From Trypanosoma brucei (taxonomy: Eukaryota), in NCBI GenBank assembly GCA_000002445.1, contig CM000207.1:864001-928000 (forward strand): a stretch of 64,000 nt of DNA, in the 5' to 3' direction. Of this stretch, positions 39,423 through 50,807 are shown in pieces; position 1 is the stretch's first letter; each line of letters begins with the position of its first letter. Below the pieces are notes generated by a model. It ran no database searches, had not been told where the DNA came from, and was given only the letters and a program-made list of their open reading frames with translations. A program made the position numbers and the translations under genes.

Positions 39423-42400
39423 ATGAATCAGAACAATTTATCTTGCGAGGACAGTGATGTTTCCACTAATCCTGGAAACGCCTCACCAGGTTCTGGGGAT
39501 GATAGCGGAACATCTTCTGAGGGACATCCGTCATGTGTGGATAATTCCGTGTCGCCGTCGGTATCTTCTCTGTTATCGCAAGCGGAAAAGAGCGCCACTG
39601 ATTCAGTTCATGCAGAGGAGGAGCACTTGGAAAAAGATACGGAGTTGAGACAAGGGATGAAACAGGGAGGGTTTGTAAAGAGCGCTGGACGCGGAAGCAA
39701 GGATCCGCTCGCGCTTGACCAAGCAGTGGCACCCGCGATACCGGTGCCATTTGTTGGTCTTATAAATGAGGGTTGTACATGTTACTTGAACTCTCTTCTT
39801 CAAATGTTGTTTCACTTATGCTACTTCCGAAACGCTGTTTATCTCACACCAACGGACGCTAATGATGAGAGTTGCTCGATACCTCGTGCGCTGCAATCAG
39901 TTTTCCATGAGATGGAGATACGCCGTACCCCAGTGCATACAAAAAAGTTGACAGCCGCCTTCGACTGGACTGAGAGCGAGCTTTACTCTCAGCATGACAT
40001 TCAAGAAATGGCCACGCTGCTTCGTGACAATCTTGAGGAGCGAATGAAGGGATCTGTAAGCGAGGGCGCGATCAACCGGATGTTTGAGGGCTATGGTGAG
40101 CAAGTTGTTGCAACACTCGACAAGAGCTTTTGTTCACGCAGCCGGGACACCTTTTACGATATCCACCTCCCCCTCGAGGGGCACACCAACCTCATGGATA
40201 GTTTACGCTCGCTCACAGCGAGGGACATGCTTGTTGGGGACAACAAGTATCGCGTTGAGGAACCTGGGAGGGAGCCACAATATAAGGACGCACAGAAAAG
40301 TTATGAATTCCGTCGCTTTCCACCTGTTATTTGGTTTCATTTAAAACGGTTCGAAATGGATCTCACATCACCTATACTGGAGACGAAGAAGGTGAACAGT
40401 TACTTGGAGTTTCCCGTGGAGTTGTCCCTCGAGGAATTGGAACACGAGACTCCCTCAAATTGGGGGGAATACGCTACCCAAGTATTTGCTGGGGATATGG
40501 GTGATGAAAAGAAAATGACGGGAGATGATGGGGGTGAGAAGAGGAAGAGGAGAAAAGGAGATAATGAAGTGGCAACGGCTATTGCACGGCCCTTCAGTAG
40601 GGATACACCAGCCGTATATGATCTGCAGGGAGTTATTGTGCACAAGGGTTCTGTCCGTAGCGGTCACTACTATTGCTACATAAGGGAATGGGATGCCACT
40701 GAGAAGAGGTTTACGCGTTGGTTGGAATTTGATGATGAGAGGGTAACAGTTGTCAGCCAGGAGGTTGCAGTGAATGACAACTTCGGCGTGCCTGTTCCAA
40801 CAGAGGGAAGGCCACTCTGGCACATGCCTACTAATAATGCTTATATGCTTTCATATGTAAGACGTGCCGATTGTCAGAGGATGTTTGAACGGCCGAAGAA
40901 TAACATTGTTCCTCAGTGTGTAAGGGATCAACTTCGGGAGGAAATCCAGGAGGAGAAACGACGTGAGGAGGAGGCAAACATGCGTCGCAGAAAATTGGTG
41001 CTATACGTCCTCACGGATGAAATAATCAGTGAGCATGTCAAGCGAGTACAACGTGAGACCTTTCCATCAGATCCTCGGATTTGGGAGGAAGTTTGTTTCC
41101 GTGTCGAAGTAGAAAAAACTACTCCGCTTCAAATGGTGTATGTTTCTGTCGCTGAGTGCGTACCGAACGTTAAAAAGAGGTTCAGGTTTGACGATTTCCG
41201 ACTCTGGCTCTCTCCGTGGACAAGCCACATCCACGTTGCGGTGCCGTTGCAACTGACCGAATCAACTAAGAATTGCTCACTCACTGAATACCTCAACTAT
41301 AGGAACGATGACAAATCACCACTGATGCACTTCCTTGTGTACCTACAACGACGGACAACACTTCCGCAGCTTTATGTACCGAATACCGCTTCATTGTTTG
41401 TTAATCAACGGCTTGGGGCTGAGGCGGTGGCTGCGTGCAACGGATGCACCATTATCCTCCCCAAACCAACTCCCATCAGCAGTATTACGTTCTACACAAT
41501 TTACTTTTCTGATTATGCGGCGCCATGCAACGTGCATATTTGCCTGTACGCTGCTGATGATCAAAAAACTCCTTGTGAAAGCAAAACATGTACACTCAGC
41601 CGGGACCTATGCATGTTTGACGTGAACTCCACGGGGCAAAAAATCGCATTAATCCGGTGCGCTGTGAGAGGTTCGCTAGCGTGGGTCTATTTATTAGCAA
41701 ACGAAAGACCCTCAATGTCGTCGTTACGGGTGACATATGGGTGTGAAGGGGAGGGGATCGAAGAAACTAACATTTCGTCTCTCCCCCGTATTGACAGGTG
41801 TGCTGTTTTGGTCTTTCTCAAATATTTCAACCCCGTCACCCGCCACGTTGCCTACGCAGGATCGGCGATGATTCCACTGCACGCAACAGTTGCCGATTGT
41901 GGGCGAGTGTTGCTACGTCTTTTGGGTGAGGACCCTGACTTAGTTGATACTCTTCTAATATATGAGGAAAGCCAGTGCCAAAATGTACTACTCGATAATG
42001 AGAAGACTCTCCAGAACTCTGGTATCATAGTTGGTAGTGTACTGATTGCGCAACAACGCAATTCGCGTGTGCACTCATATACTGATGTAAACGACTATCT
42101 GCTTAGTTTGCCAAACTTTATCCATGTGAAGGCCACCCATTCCGTCTTTGAGGAGCGCTACATGTTTTCGGAAGAAGACTCGGGTTATGAGGCTGATAAT
42201 GTTGAAGGAAGTGATGATTGCGTTGTACCAGCAAGGCCAGCCGTCGTGGAGGCGTCAATTCCCATGTCCGATGCGGACAGTGAGGTTCGCGGACAGACGA
42301 CGTTCTACCCACCAAGGAACTTTCACGTCATCAAAGCATATATGCTTACATTAGATAGCCAGTTGAAGTACGATGAGGTCTGTGAAGCAATTGGTACTGC

Positions 42401-43451
42401 AAGCGGACATGACCCAGCTTTCATTCGGTTGTACAAAGGTACTTGCGGTGGCAATCCCAACTGTGGGGAGATATTAACGCCAGAGGTGGACCCTGCACCC
42501 AGCGATATGGTCCTTTCAGGGTTATTGTGGGGTAACCGTGTGGATGTCATCTTTTTTGAGGTACTGCGCGAGCCACGACGCGTGGTGGAGTGTCGCCCGC
42601 GCCTCGTAGTGACGGTACGGGGTCGGAAGAATGAGGCAATATACAAGGAGAAGCTTGTGGTTCCACAGGGTACCACAGTTGGTGATGTGGTAGAACAGGC
42701 AGTTCGGCGATGTGCGATAACTGTTGAGCGCACATTTTGTTCTGACGGGGGAGCAGGGGTCGCCTTGGATGCTGGCGGTAGTGTCAACAGATGCAGCAGA
42801 AGCAGAAGCAATAACAGTGAGGTGATAAGTTCACAGGTTATCACTCCTTTTGTCATTTCCCCTCACTACCTTGCACTTGTCGTCGACCCCCGCGAGCGTC
42901 TAATCAACTGCATCATCGAAGTGCCCGTTATGGAAGACGGCACATGTGACTGTAATTGTTTTATCGATGACTTGGTTTCACAAGCGGTGGCTGCATACGG
43001 AACCGCCGGTCTCTGTGCCCCAGTGGAGCCACTAACAATTTTTGTTGTGCCTGCTCCGCCGCTGCAGAAGGATCAGTTCCGGATTGCTTGCTGTCATGGT
43101 GAAGTATTTGCTGACCGGGATGACAGTCTCCCACTAATGTTTGGGCAGCCTTTTGTTGTTACGGCAGATTACCACGCAACTGTAGAGACACTGCGGGATA
43201 TCCTCCTTGAGTACACGGGTGTTCCCGCTAATGAAGTTGTGCCTTTACAACGTGGTGTTGTTGTCATAGCCACAAGGCGAAGCGTTTTCCTTCCTTGGAG
43301 CGAATGTTTCTTTGAATTTGTGAGGCGGGAAGAGAGAAAAAGGGGTCCATTCACTCCGTCACTGCTGCTAAACCACCGTCGGCCGAGAGAAAAACCGGGA
43401 TCGCGGTACGTGGCGCAGGCTGCTCCGGCGTTACGTATTTCAAGAAGGTGA
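39423..43451 (+). CDS. ubiquitin carboxyl-terminal hydrolase, USP family (1342 aa)
   Basis: Cys box …FVGLINEGCTCYLNSLLQMLFHL…, His box …YDLQGVIVHKGSVRSGHYYCYIREWD…, and a long (about 800 aa) C-terminal extension as in USP7-class enzymes. No obvious N-terminal MATH domain. Confidence 0.9.
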   Translation: MNQNNLSCEDSDVSTNPGNASPGSGDDSGTSSEGHPSCVDNSVSPSVSSLLSQAEKSATDSVHAEEEHLEKDTELRQGMKQGGFVKSAGRGSKDPLALDQAVAPAIPVPFVGLINEGCTCYLNSLLQMLFHLCYFRNAVYLTPTDANDESCSIPRALQSVFHEMEIRRTPVHTKKLTAAFDWTESELYSQHDIQEMATLLRDNLEERMKGSVSEGAINRMFEGYGEQVVATLDKSFCSRSRDTFYDIHLPLEGHTNLMDSLRSLTARDMLVGDNKYRVEEPGREPQYKDAQKSYEFRRFPPVIWFHLKRFEMDLTSPILETKKVNSYLEFPVELSLEELEHETPSNWGEYATQVFAGDMGDEKKMTGDDGGEKRKRRKGDNEVATAIARPFSRDTPAVYDLQGVIVHKGSVRSGHYYCYIREWDATEKRFTRWLEFDDERVTVVSQEVAVNDNFGVPVPTEGRPLWHMPTNNAYMLSYVRRADCQRMFERPKNNIVPQCVRDQLREEIQEEKRREEEANMRRRKLVLYVLTDEIISEHVKRVQRETFPSDPRIWEEVCFRVEVEKTTPLQMVYVSVAECVPNVKKRFRFDDFRLWLSPWTSHIHVAVPLQLTESTKNCSLTEYLNYRNDDKSPLMHFLVYLQRRTTLPQLYVPNTASLFVNQRLGAEAVAACNGCTIILPKPTPISSITFYTIYFSDYAAPCNVHICLYAADDQKTPCESKTCTLSRDLCMFDVNSTGQKIALIRCAVRGSLAWVYLLANERPSMSSLRVTYGCEGEGIEETNISSLPRIDRCAVLVFLKYFNPVTRHVAYAGSAMIPLHATVADCGRVLLRLLGEDPDLVDTLLIYEESQCQNVLLDNEKTLQNSGIIVGSVLIAQQRNSRVHSYTDVNDYLLSLPNFIHVKATHSVFEERYMFSEEDSGYEADNVEGSDDCVVPARPAVVEASIPMSDADSEVRGQTTFYPPRNFHVIKAYMLTLDSQLKYDEVCEAIGTASGHDPAFIRLYKGTCGGNPNCGEILTPEVDPAPSDMVLSGLLWGNRVDVIFFEVLREPRRVVECRPRLVVTVRGRKNEAIYKEKLVVPQGTTVGDVVEQAVRRCAITVERTFCSDGGAGVALDAGGSVNRCSRSRSNNSEVISSQVITPFVISPHYLALVVDPRERLINCIIEVPVMEDGTCDCNCFIDDLVSQAVAAYGTAGLCAPVEPLTIFVVPAPPLQKDQFRIACCHGEVFADRDDSLPLMFGQPFVVTADYHATVETLRDILLEYTGVPANEVVPLQRGVVVIATRRSVFLPWSECFFEFVRREERKRGPFTPSLLLNHRRPREKPGSRYVAQAAPALRISRR

Positions 43452-44806
43452 AGGAAAGGCAAAAAACAAAAAAAGCCATCAGAGTTCTTGGTTCTATGAA
43501 CTACTTCTTTGAAGTCCCTTCACCGAAGCGCCTAATCAGTGGGAATAATATAATGTGTACGTGTATATGTATGAATGTATGTGTGTTGGGGTTGGGGTGG
43601 GGTAACAGTGGGGGGAAAAAAGAATAAGAAGAGGAGGAGGAAGCGTGTGAGAACATTTGATTATTTGGGGTATGCACACCTGGGATATGTCCCCATTACT
43701 GCTGAACACTTACATGAAGACACGCGTACAGACGTGAATATATAATATGCATATATGAACTCCGTCATCAGGGATACAGAATTTCTTTTTCTTTCCTACT
43801 TTTACATTGTTAGTCTTCCGGTGTTTTTTTTTTCCCCTTTCCTGTTTGTGCTATTTTTCTGCCGTGCATTTTTTTTTGTATTTGTGTGGCAGTGGTGAAG
43901 CAGTCGCCTTTCTTTTGATGTTTGCCCACATCTTTTGCTCTGCCTCACAAAGGGCAAGTTTGTTTGTTTCTTTCTCTGTGTGTTCGTGAATAAAATTGTT
44001 ATTATTACCAATGAACTGTTTGGCTCACGGCAAAAGAGAGAGGGGGGGGAAATGCATATTTTGTCCACCTGCACTACAGCCATAGGTGAGGGAAAACAGC
44101 GGCATTGAGATCGGAGAAGGAATGGATAGTTGAATTTTGAGTTTACTTTACTTTACTTTTCTTTTTGTTTAGTTTTGCGTGCTTTTGTGGCTTCGCCAAG
44201 TAATGATGATTACTTGGACGTTTTGGCTCTTCCGTATTGCTGTTCATTATCCCTGCGTTTAAATGTTGACTTGTGATGGACAATTAACATTTGTGCAGAG
44301 GGTGAATGCATCAACGATGAAGGAAAGAAAGAAAAAGAAGAGGAGAAAAGAAAATGGGAGACAATGTTGCCCATTTTTTTTTTTTTAAAGGCCCTTCTTT
44401 CTCGTTGTTTTGTTTTTTGTTGTTGTATTGGCCCCCTCTTTGTGTGGCTCAGTGGCGCTTTTTAGGTGTGCTTACGCCTGTGTCTTTTCGTGTCTGCATG
44501 TGTATGTGTATGTGTATGTGTGTGCATGTGTGTTGTGTTTTTTTTTTACTTTTCCTCCTAATTCTTCTCTTACTTCTTTTTCTTTTTTTTGTCTCAGCGG
44601 GAAACTCAAAGAGCAACATTCCCGCCACCTTTCATCATTATTATTATTATTGTTATTTATTTATTTATTCCTTTTACCTTCTCTTTTCTATTTGGTCCTC
44701 CTTCTCCTCTGCTGTGGGCTCCGTGGCCCATGCGTCAACACACAATAAGGTGCATGCGCACAGACGGTATACAGCTGCATATGCATACGTTCATTTATAT
44801 TTATAT

Positions 44807-44808
<2 letters not shown>

Positions 44809-44846
<38 letters not shown>
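44809..44846. repeat. (AT)19 microsatellite
   Basis: atatatatatatatatatatatatatatatatatatat. Confidence 0.95.
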
Positions 44847-44849
<3 letters not shown>

Positions 44850-45094
44850 TGCCTTTATTTGGTGTGTAGATCTTTATGTTTGCAATTGAGCTCGGCTCCC
44901 TTCCGTTTCCATCCTTACTTAAATTTATCAGTATTGTTATTATTATGTTGTCATTATTATCATTACTTTTTCCTTTGCTCTTTTTTTTTCGTTTTTTCTT
45001 TACTTCCTTTTCTCCTCTCCCTCACACAAATGATTTTCTTTCTGCGTTTCAACTCCTACCATTTGCGAAGGAGTTGGCGCTGGATTCCGTTGCA

Positions 45095-45380
45095 TTGAGG
45101 AGTGAAAGAATACGGGGGGAAAAAAGGAGAGGTTGAGGGAGGAGGAAAGAAAAGAAAAGGGGGGAAGAAAAAGGAGCGGCGGTCCATGAAAGGTAAAGGA
45201 GAGAGATAAGGAAAAGGAGTAGGAGGAGTTCGGGGCAAGTGGTGTGGAAAAGAAAGAAATTGGTACTGGGAAGGTACTAAAAGAAAAGGGAAGAGTGAAA
45301 AGAAGGAAGGGAGAGAAGAAAGAAGGAAAAAAAACAAGAAAGGAACGAGGCTGGAGGGTTCCAAAGAAGGGAGATAACGT
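45095..45380 (+). repeat. about 285-nt polypurine (A/G) block on the + strand, immediately after a polypyrimidine block of more than 500 nt (44350..45060)
   Basis: ggaaaaaaggagaggttgagggaggaggaaagaaaagaaaaggggggaagaaaaaggag… through …agaaggaaaaaaaacaagaaaggaacgagg. Confidence 0.8.
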
Positions 45381-46106
45381 GTTTCAGAAGAAGTTGAGTT
45401 ATACCCCCTTGGAGTGAGTTAAAGTGCGTGGGAGTGTTTCGTGACACGACGGTGACATCATTATGTGCATGGTAGTTATCGTCGCTTACTGCTGTTATTG
45501 TGTCCAGCATGTGGACTGTTTATCGAGTTTTTTTGGGGGGCGGTGATAAATCCCCTCATCAATTTAACAGTTTTCCTTATCATGCTGAATGCTTGGTTGC
45601 TCGTAGGTTCAACTATCACGGCCTTTGATACCTGATGTTTTTATTTGTCGTTCGTTCTATGTGCCTTTTCTCCCTTTCTTTTTTTTTTTGATTCTATTCT
45701 CTCTCTCATATGCTTCGCTTTTTATTGCCCACTGCGACCCCTCTATGCTTCTATTTTTACATTTACTCTACCAAAAAGAAGCTGAGGGCAACACAGAGAA
45801 AGGAACAAGCGATATAAAGTCCTCAGATCAACTGGTTGTGCGAGCGCCTGTTAGGTACTGTTGCCAGCAGTAGGTGAGAGCCCACCGCTCTGAGTGCCAC
45901 AAGCGGGTTGCGTTAATTCTGTTTTACGCTCAAGTAACCACTGTCTTTTTCTTTTTGGCTTTTACCCGTACTGCTTTGCATTCAGGACGGTGGTAAGCGC
46001 GAAGGGAGTTCTTCAATTCTTCTTTACGCTACGCAGCTTGTAGGGGACGACTTGTGCGCATATCGTTGTTGTTATTATTATTATTTAGTTTGACTCCTTA
46101 TACACA

Positions 46107-49100
46107 ATGGCGGAGGCACACAAGTATAAGAAGCTCACACCTATTGAGCATGTACTCACACGACCAGAGATGTACATTGGTAGTCTCGACACAACGGCAA
46201 CCCCCATGTTTATATACGATGAACAGAAGGGTCACATGGTGTGGGAGACGGTGAAACTGAATCACGGTTTGCTGAAAATCGTGGATGAAATTCTGCTAAA
46301 TGCATCTGATAACATCTCCAACAGAAGTGCGCGCATGACGTATATCCGCGTGACCATCACGGACACGGGTGAGATTACTATAGAGAACGACGGCGCTGGG
46401 ATCCCCATCGTACGCAGTCGAGAGCATAAATTATATATACCAGAGATGGTATTCGGTCACCTACTTACCAGCTCTAATTATGATGACGATAACCAAAATG
46501 CAGTTGCTGGTCGCCACGGTTACGGTGCAAAGCTAACCAACATTCTTTCCCTGAGCTTTTCCGTCTGCTGCCGCACAAATGGGAGGGAGTTTCACATGAG
46601 TTGGCAGGATCACATGAGGAAGGCAACGGCTCCACGCGTTTCAAACGTCGGCACAAAAGAGAAAAATGTCACGCGTGTGAAGTTTCTCCCCGACTACGAG
46701 CGATTTGGCATGAAGGAGAAGAAAATTTCAAACGACATGAAGCGTGTGCTCTACAAGCGCATTATGGACCTTTCCGCAATGTTTCCGAATATTCAAATAA
46801 CCCTGAACGGCTCATCCTTTGGCTTCAAGTCCTTTAAGGACTATGCGACTCTGTACAGTGCCATGACCCCAAAGGGAGAGAAACCACCGCCACCATACGT
46901 ATACGAGAGTAAAAGCGGTTGCGTTGCCTTCATTCCTTCAGTAGTCCCCGGGGTGCGGCGGATGTTTGGTGTGGTCAACGGTGTGGTAACGTATAATGGC
47001 GGTACGCATTGCAATGCTGCGCAGGATATATTGACCGGCTGCCTCGATGGCGTGGAACGGGAATTAAAGAAGGAGAACAAAGTGATGGACACTAATCGAG
47101 TGCTTCGTCACTTCACTATTCTAGTTTTCCTCGTGCAGGTGCAGCCAAAGTTTGATTCTCAGAACAAAGCTCGACTTGTTTCTACCCCCACGATGCCCCG
47201 TGTTCCTCGGCAAGATGTGATGAAATATCTTCTGCGCATGCCTTTTCTCGAGGCTCATGTGAGTACTATTACGGGACAGTTAGCGCAGGAACTAAATAAG
47301 GAGATCGGCACCGGACGCCGTATGAGTAGCAAAACCCTCCTGACCTCCATAACGAAACTGGTAGATGCAACTTCTACACGCCGTGACCCAAAACATACCC
47401 GCACGTTAATTGTTACTGAAGGTGACTCCGCAAAGGCTCTCGCGCAGAACTCTTTATCGAGTGACCAAAAGCGATATACAGGCGTATTTCCGCTTCGGGG
47501 TAAGCTGCTAAACGTGCGTAACAAGAATCTTAAGCGACTGAGGAACTGCAAGGAGTTGCAGGAACTGTTTTGTGCCCTGGGACTTGAGCTAGATAAAGAT
47601 TACACCGACGCCGATGAACTACGATACCAACGCATACTTATCATGACAGATCAGGACGCAGATGGCTCACACATTAAGGGTTTGGTTATCAACGCGTTCG
47701 AGTCTTTGTGGCCCTCGTTGCTGGTACGAAATCCTGGGTTCATCTCTATATTCTCCACACCCATCGTAAAGGCACGACTGCGCGACAAGTCGGTGGTATC
47801 CTTCTTCAGCATGAAGGAGTTTCACAAGTGGCAGCGCTCAAATGCAAATACACCATACACATGTAAGTACTATAAGGGTCTCGGTACTTCTACCACTGCT
47901 GAGGGAAAAGAGTACTTCAAGGATATGGAGAAACACACAATGCGCTTACTCGTGGACCGCTCCGATCATAAGCTTCTTGACAATGTTTTCGACTCACAGG
48001 AGGTAGAATGGCGAAAGGACTGGATGACCAAGGCGAATGCTTTTACCGGCGAGGTGGATATTGATCGTAGCAAGAAAATGCTAACGGTCACAGATTTTGT
48101 GCATAAGGAGATGGTTCATTTCGCCCTTGTTGGTAATGCCCGTGCGCTTGCGCACTCTGTAGACGGGCTTAAGCCTTCTCAGCGAAAGATTATTTGGGCT
48201 CTTATGCGGCGGTCCGGTAATGAGGCGGCGAAGGTGGCACAACTATCAGGTTACATATCAGAAGCTTCCGCTTTTCATCATGGTGAGACTTCATTGCAGG
48301 AGACGATGATTAAGATGGCGCAGAGCTTCACTGGTGGTAACAACGTCAACCTTCTCGTCCCTGAGGGTCAGTTCGGTTCTCGTCAGCAACTCGGTAATGA
48401 TCATGCGGCACCCCGTTACATTTTCACAAAGCTTTCAAAAGTAGCCCGCTTGCTTTTCCCTAGTGAGGATGACCCATTGCTAGACTACATTGTGGAAGAG
48501 GGTCAGCAGGTGGAGCCGAACCATTACGTTCCAATCCTACCGCTGCTCCTCTGCAACGGAAGTGTGGGCATCGGTTTCGGTTTTGCGTCGAATATTCCAC
48601 CATTCCACCCGTTGGACGTATCTGCAGCGGTACGAGCGATGATTAGCGGCGAAGCTGCCAAGTCGGTTGTCCGTCGACTTGTGCCGTGGGCTGTAGGCTT
48701 TCAGGGTGAGATACGTCGTGGCCCCGAAGGAGAGTTTATTGCTGTGGGAACGTATACTTACTGTAAGGGTGGTCGTGTGCATGTTACGGAGCTTCCTTGG
48801 ACGTGTAGCGTTGAAGCATTCCGTGAGCACATTTCTTACCTCGCCACAAAGGATATTGTTAACCGCATTGCCGACTATTCCGGCGCCAATCACGTTGACA
48901 TTGATGTGGAAGTTGCTCAGGGTGCGGTGAACACATATGCTGAGTGCGAGTCGGAACTTGGCCTCACGCAACGTATTCACATCAACGGTACAGTCTTTTC
49001 ACCGAATGGAACTCTTTCACCTCTGGAAAGTGACCTCACACCCGTCCTCCAGTGGCACTACGACCGCAGACTTGATTTATATAAAAAGAGGCGACAACGT

Positions 49101-49772
49101 AATTTGATGCTGTTGGAGCAGGAATTGGCCAGAGAGAAGTCGACACTCAAATTTGTGCAACACTTCCGTGCCGGCCACATTGACTTTGCGAATGCTACGG
49201 AGGCAACACTTGAAAAGGTGTGTTCAAAGTTAGGGTTAGTACGTGTAGATGACTCGTTCGACTACATTTTGCGTAAACCCATCACGTTCTATACCAAAAC
49301 AAGTTTTGAAAATCTTCTCAAGAAGATCGCGGAGACGGAGCGGCGCATTGAAGCTCTCAAGAAGACAACCCCTGTGCAGTTGTGGTTGGGCGAACTTGAC
49401 CAATTTGATCGCTTCTTTCAGGACCATGAGAAAAAGATGGTGGAGGCTATTTTGAAGGAAAGAAGGCAGCGATCACCCCCGAGTGACCTTCTCCCTGGTC
49501 TTCAACAGCCGCGTCTGGAGGTGGAGGAGGCAAAGGGTGGTAAAAAATTTGAGATGCGGGTTCAGGTGCGAAAGTACGTCCCTCCACCAACCAAGCGGGG
49601 AGCGGGGGGCCGTAGTGATGGTGACGGAGGCGCAACTGCGGCCGGTGCTGCTGCAGCCGTGGGGGGAAGAGGTGAAAAGAAGGGCCCGGGACGAGCCGGT
49701 GGGGTTCGACGTATGGTACTCGACGCCCTTGCGAAGCGTGTGACACGTTTGCTGCCGCGTCTGCTGTTCTAG
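46107..49772 (+). CDS. TOP2mt: DNA topoisomerase II, short form (1221 aa), consistent with the kinetoplastid mitochondrial (kDNA) TOP2
   Basis: ATPase/GHKL region …LKIVDEILLNASDNI…, TOPRIM …LIVTEGDSAKALA…, …LIMTDQDADGSHIKGL…, active-site region …PRYIFTKLS… It lacks the about 200-aa charged C-terminal tail of nuclear TOP2. 1221 aa matches my recollection of T. brucei TOP2mt. Confidence 0.8.
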   Translation: MAEAHKYKKLTPIEHVLTRPEMYIGSLDTTATPMFIYDEQKGHMVWETVKLNHGLLKIVDEILLNASDNISNRSARMTYIRVTITDTGEITIENDGAGIPIVRSREHKLYIPEMVFGHLLTSSNYDDDNQNAVAGRHGYGAKLTNILSLSFSVCCRTNGREFHMSWQDHMRKATAPRVSNVGTKEKNVTRVKFLPDYERFGMKEKKISNDMKRVLYKRIMDLSAMFPNIQITLNGSSFGFKSFKDYATLYSAMTPKGEKPPPPYVYESKSGCVAFIPSVVPGVRRMFGVVNGVVTYNGGTHCNAAQDILTGCLDGVERELKKENKVMDTNRVLRHFTILVFLVQVQPKFDSQNKARLVSTPTMPRVPRQDVMKYLLRMPFLEAHVSTITGQLAQELNKEIGTGRRMSSKTLLTSITKLVDATSTRRDPKHTRTLIVTEGDSAKALAQNSLSSDQKRYTGVFPLRGKLLNVRNKNLKRLRNCKELQELFCALGLELDKDYTDADELRYQRILIMTDQDADGSHIKGLVINAFESLWPSLLVRNPGFISIFSTPIVKARLRDKSVVSFFSMKEFHKWQRSNANTPYTCKYYKGLGTSTTAEGKEYFKDMEKHTMRLLVDRSDHKLLDNVFDSQEVEWRKDWMTKANAFTGEVDIDRSKKMLTVTDFVHKEMVHFALVGNARALAHSVDGLKPSQRKIIWALMRRSGNEAAKVAQLSGYISEASAFHHGETSLQETMIKMAQSFTGGNNVNLLVPEGQFGSRQQLGNDHAAPRYIFTKLSKVARLLFPSEDDPLLDYIVEEGQQVEPNHYVPILPLLLCNGSVGIGFGFASNIPPFHPLDVSAAVRAMISGEAAKSVVRRLVPWAVGFQGEIRRGPEGEFIAVGTYTYCKGGRVHVTELPWTCSVEAFREHISYLATKDIVNRIADYSGANHVDIDVEVAQGAVNTYAECESELGLTQRIHINGTVFSPNGTLSPLESDLTPVLQWHYDRRLDLYKKRRQRNLMLLEQELAREKSTLKFVQHFRAGHIDFANATEATLEKVCSKLGLVRVDDSFDYILRKPITFYTKTSFENLLKKIAETERRIEALKKTTPVQLWLGELDQFDRFFQDHEKKMVEAILKERRQRSPPSDLLPGLQQPRLEVEEAKGGKKFEMRVQVRKYVPPPTKRGAGGRSDGDGGATAAGAAAAVGGRGEKKGPGRAGGVRRMVLDALAKRVTRLLPRLLF

Positions 49773-50807
49773 TCGTTTCGAAAGTATATTCTTCTGGCTC
49801 AGCATTAAAGAAAAAAAATCAATGGTAAGATTTAACCATAGAGAGTTTCTCGCTATAAATCATAGAAACATGCAATAAAGAAAAAAATGAAAAAAAAACA
49901 TTTTGGTGCAAAAAAAAAAAGGGCAGTGATAGTTGTGGTGGTGGCAGAATGATGAAGAAACTGAACGGATGGGCGAGTGGGTGGGATGAAATAAATCGTG
50001 AGAATTAATACATAGAAAGAAAAAAGGCGGTTAGTGGCAGTGATGCTAATAATTTTCATAACCCATCCTCTCAGATTTTTGGTGAGCGTTGTACCGATCG
50101 TTTCCCTCCCGTATTAAATTCCACATACTCTCTCTCTCGATAATTACACGAGCGTATCCGCACTCCTGGACAACAGGTAGTGAGGGAGAGAAACATGACG
50201 AAGGGGGAAACTATAGACGTCCTTTTTTTTTTTCCTTTTTACTCGTCTTACTATTGGCATTTGTTTTTGTTTTTGTGTTCCTAGTCGGCACGCGAACACA
50301 CACTTGTACGCCCCTCCCCTTTCGTGCTCTACGTTGCGGGAAGCACGGAGAAGGCATATCTACGGGCGTTTGTTTGTTTTGTATTTATGTGTGTGGGTAA
50401 TTTTGTGGCCGTTGAAGCAATGCAATACGCATGCGGAAAGGTCGCTAGGCGTCGTATGCCTTCACGCGGCACCTTCCTTTTTTCTCCTTGATATGTTCTA
50501 CGTGCATGCGATGTGCTATTCTTTCAGATGCGTAATGTCTTCGACGATTCTCTGCTCGTCGTCACCATCGTCTGAAGTTGTTTTTCTGTTCATCCTCTGC
50601 TCTTTGTTGGAGAGCTTTTGCCAAAGAACGTTCCTTTCCACTTCCCCCTCTTTGCCTTGCTTGTCACGCGACTTGGTCTGAGTCGGTGGTGTTGCTTCCT
50701 GCGTGTTTGTGCGGGTGGGAGGCTCGGAAAACTAAGTTGGGAGGCGATTAAAGTAGCGTATCCTCTCAGCCTTGTGTGCGCATCGGCTGCACCTGTATCT
50801 ATAGGGA

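Noticed and set aside
42323-42856. 177-aa minus-strand ORF and other minus ORFs inside the USP and TOP2 genes
   Set aside because: Fully embedded antisense to well-supported conserved CDSs; low-complexity translations.
3540-44846. Regularly recurring (TA)n tracts considered as possible spacer/repeat array (CRISPR-like)
   Set aside because: They are simple dinucleotide microsatellites of varying length scattered in intergenic DNA of a eukaryotic genome, not direct repeats with unique spacers. No cas-like genes.
45625-45873. 82-aa ORF upstream of TOP2 as a possible uORF or small gene
   Set aside because: Starts in a polyY tract and is F/L-rich. More plausibly part of the splice-acceptor region and 5'UTR.
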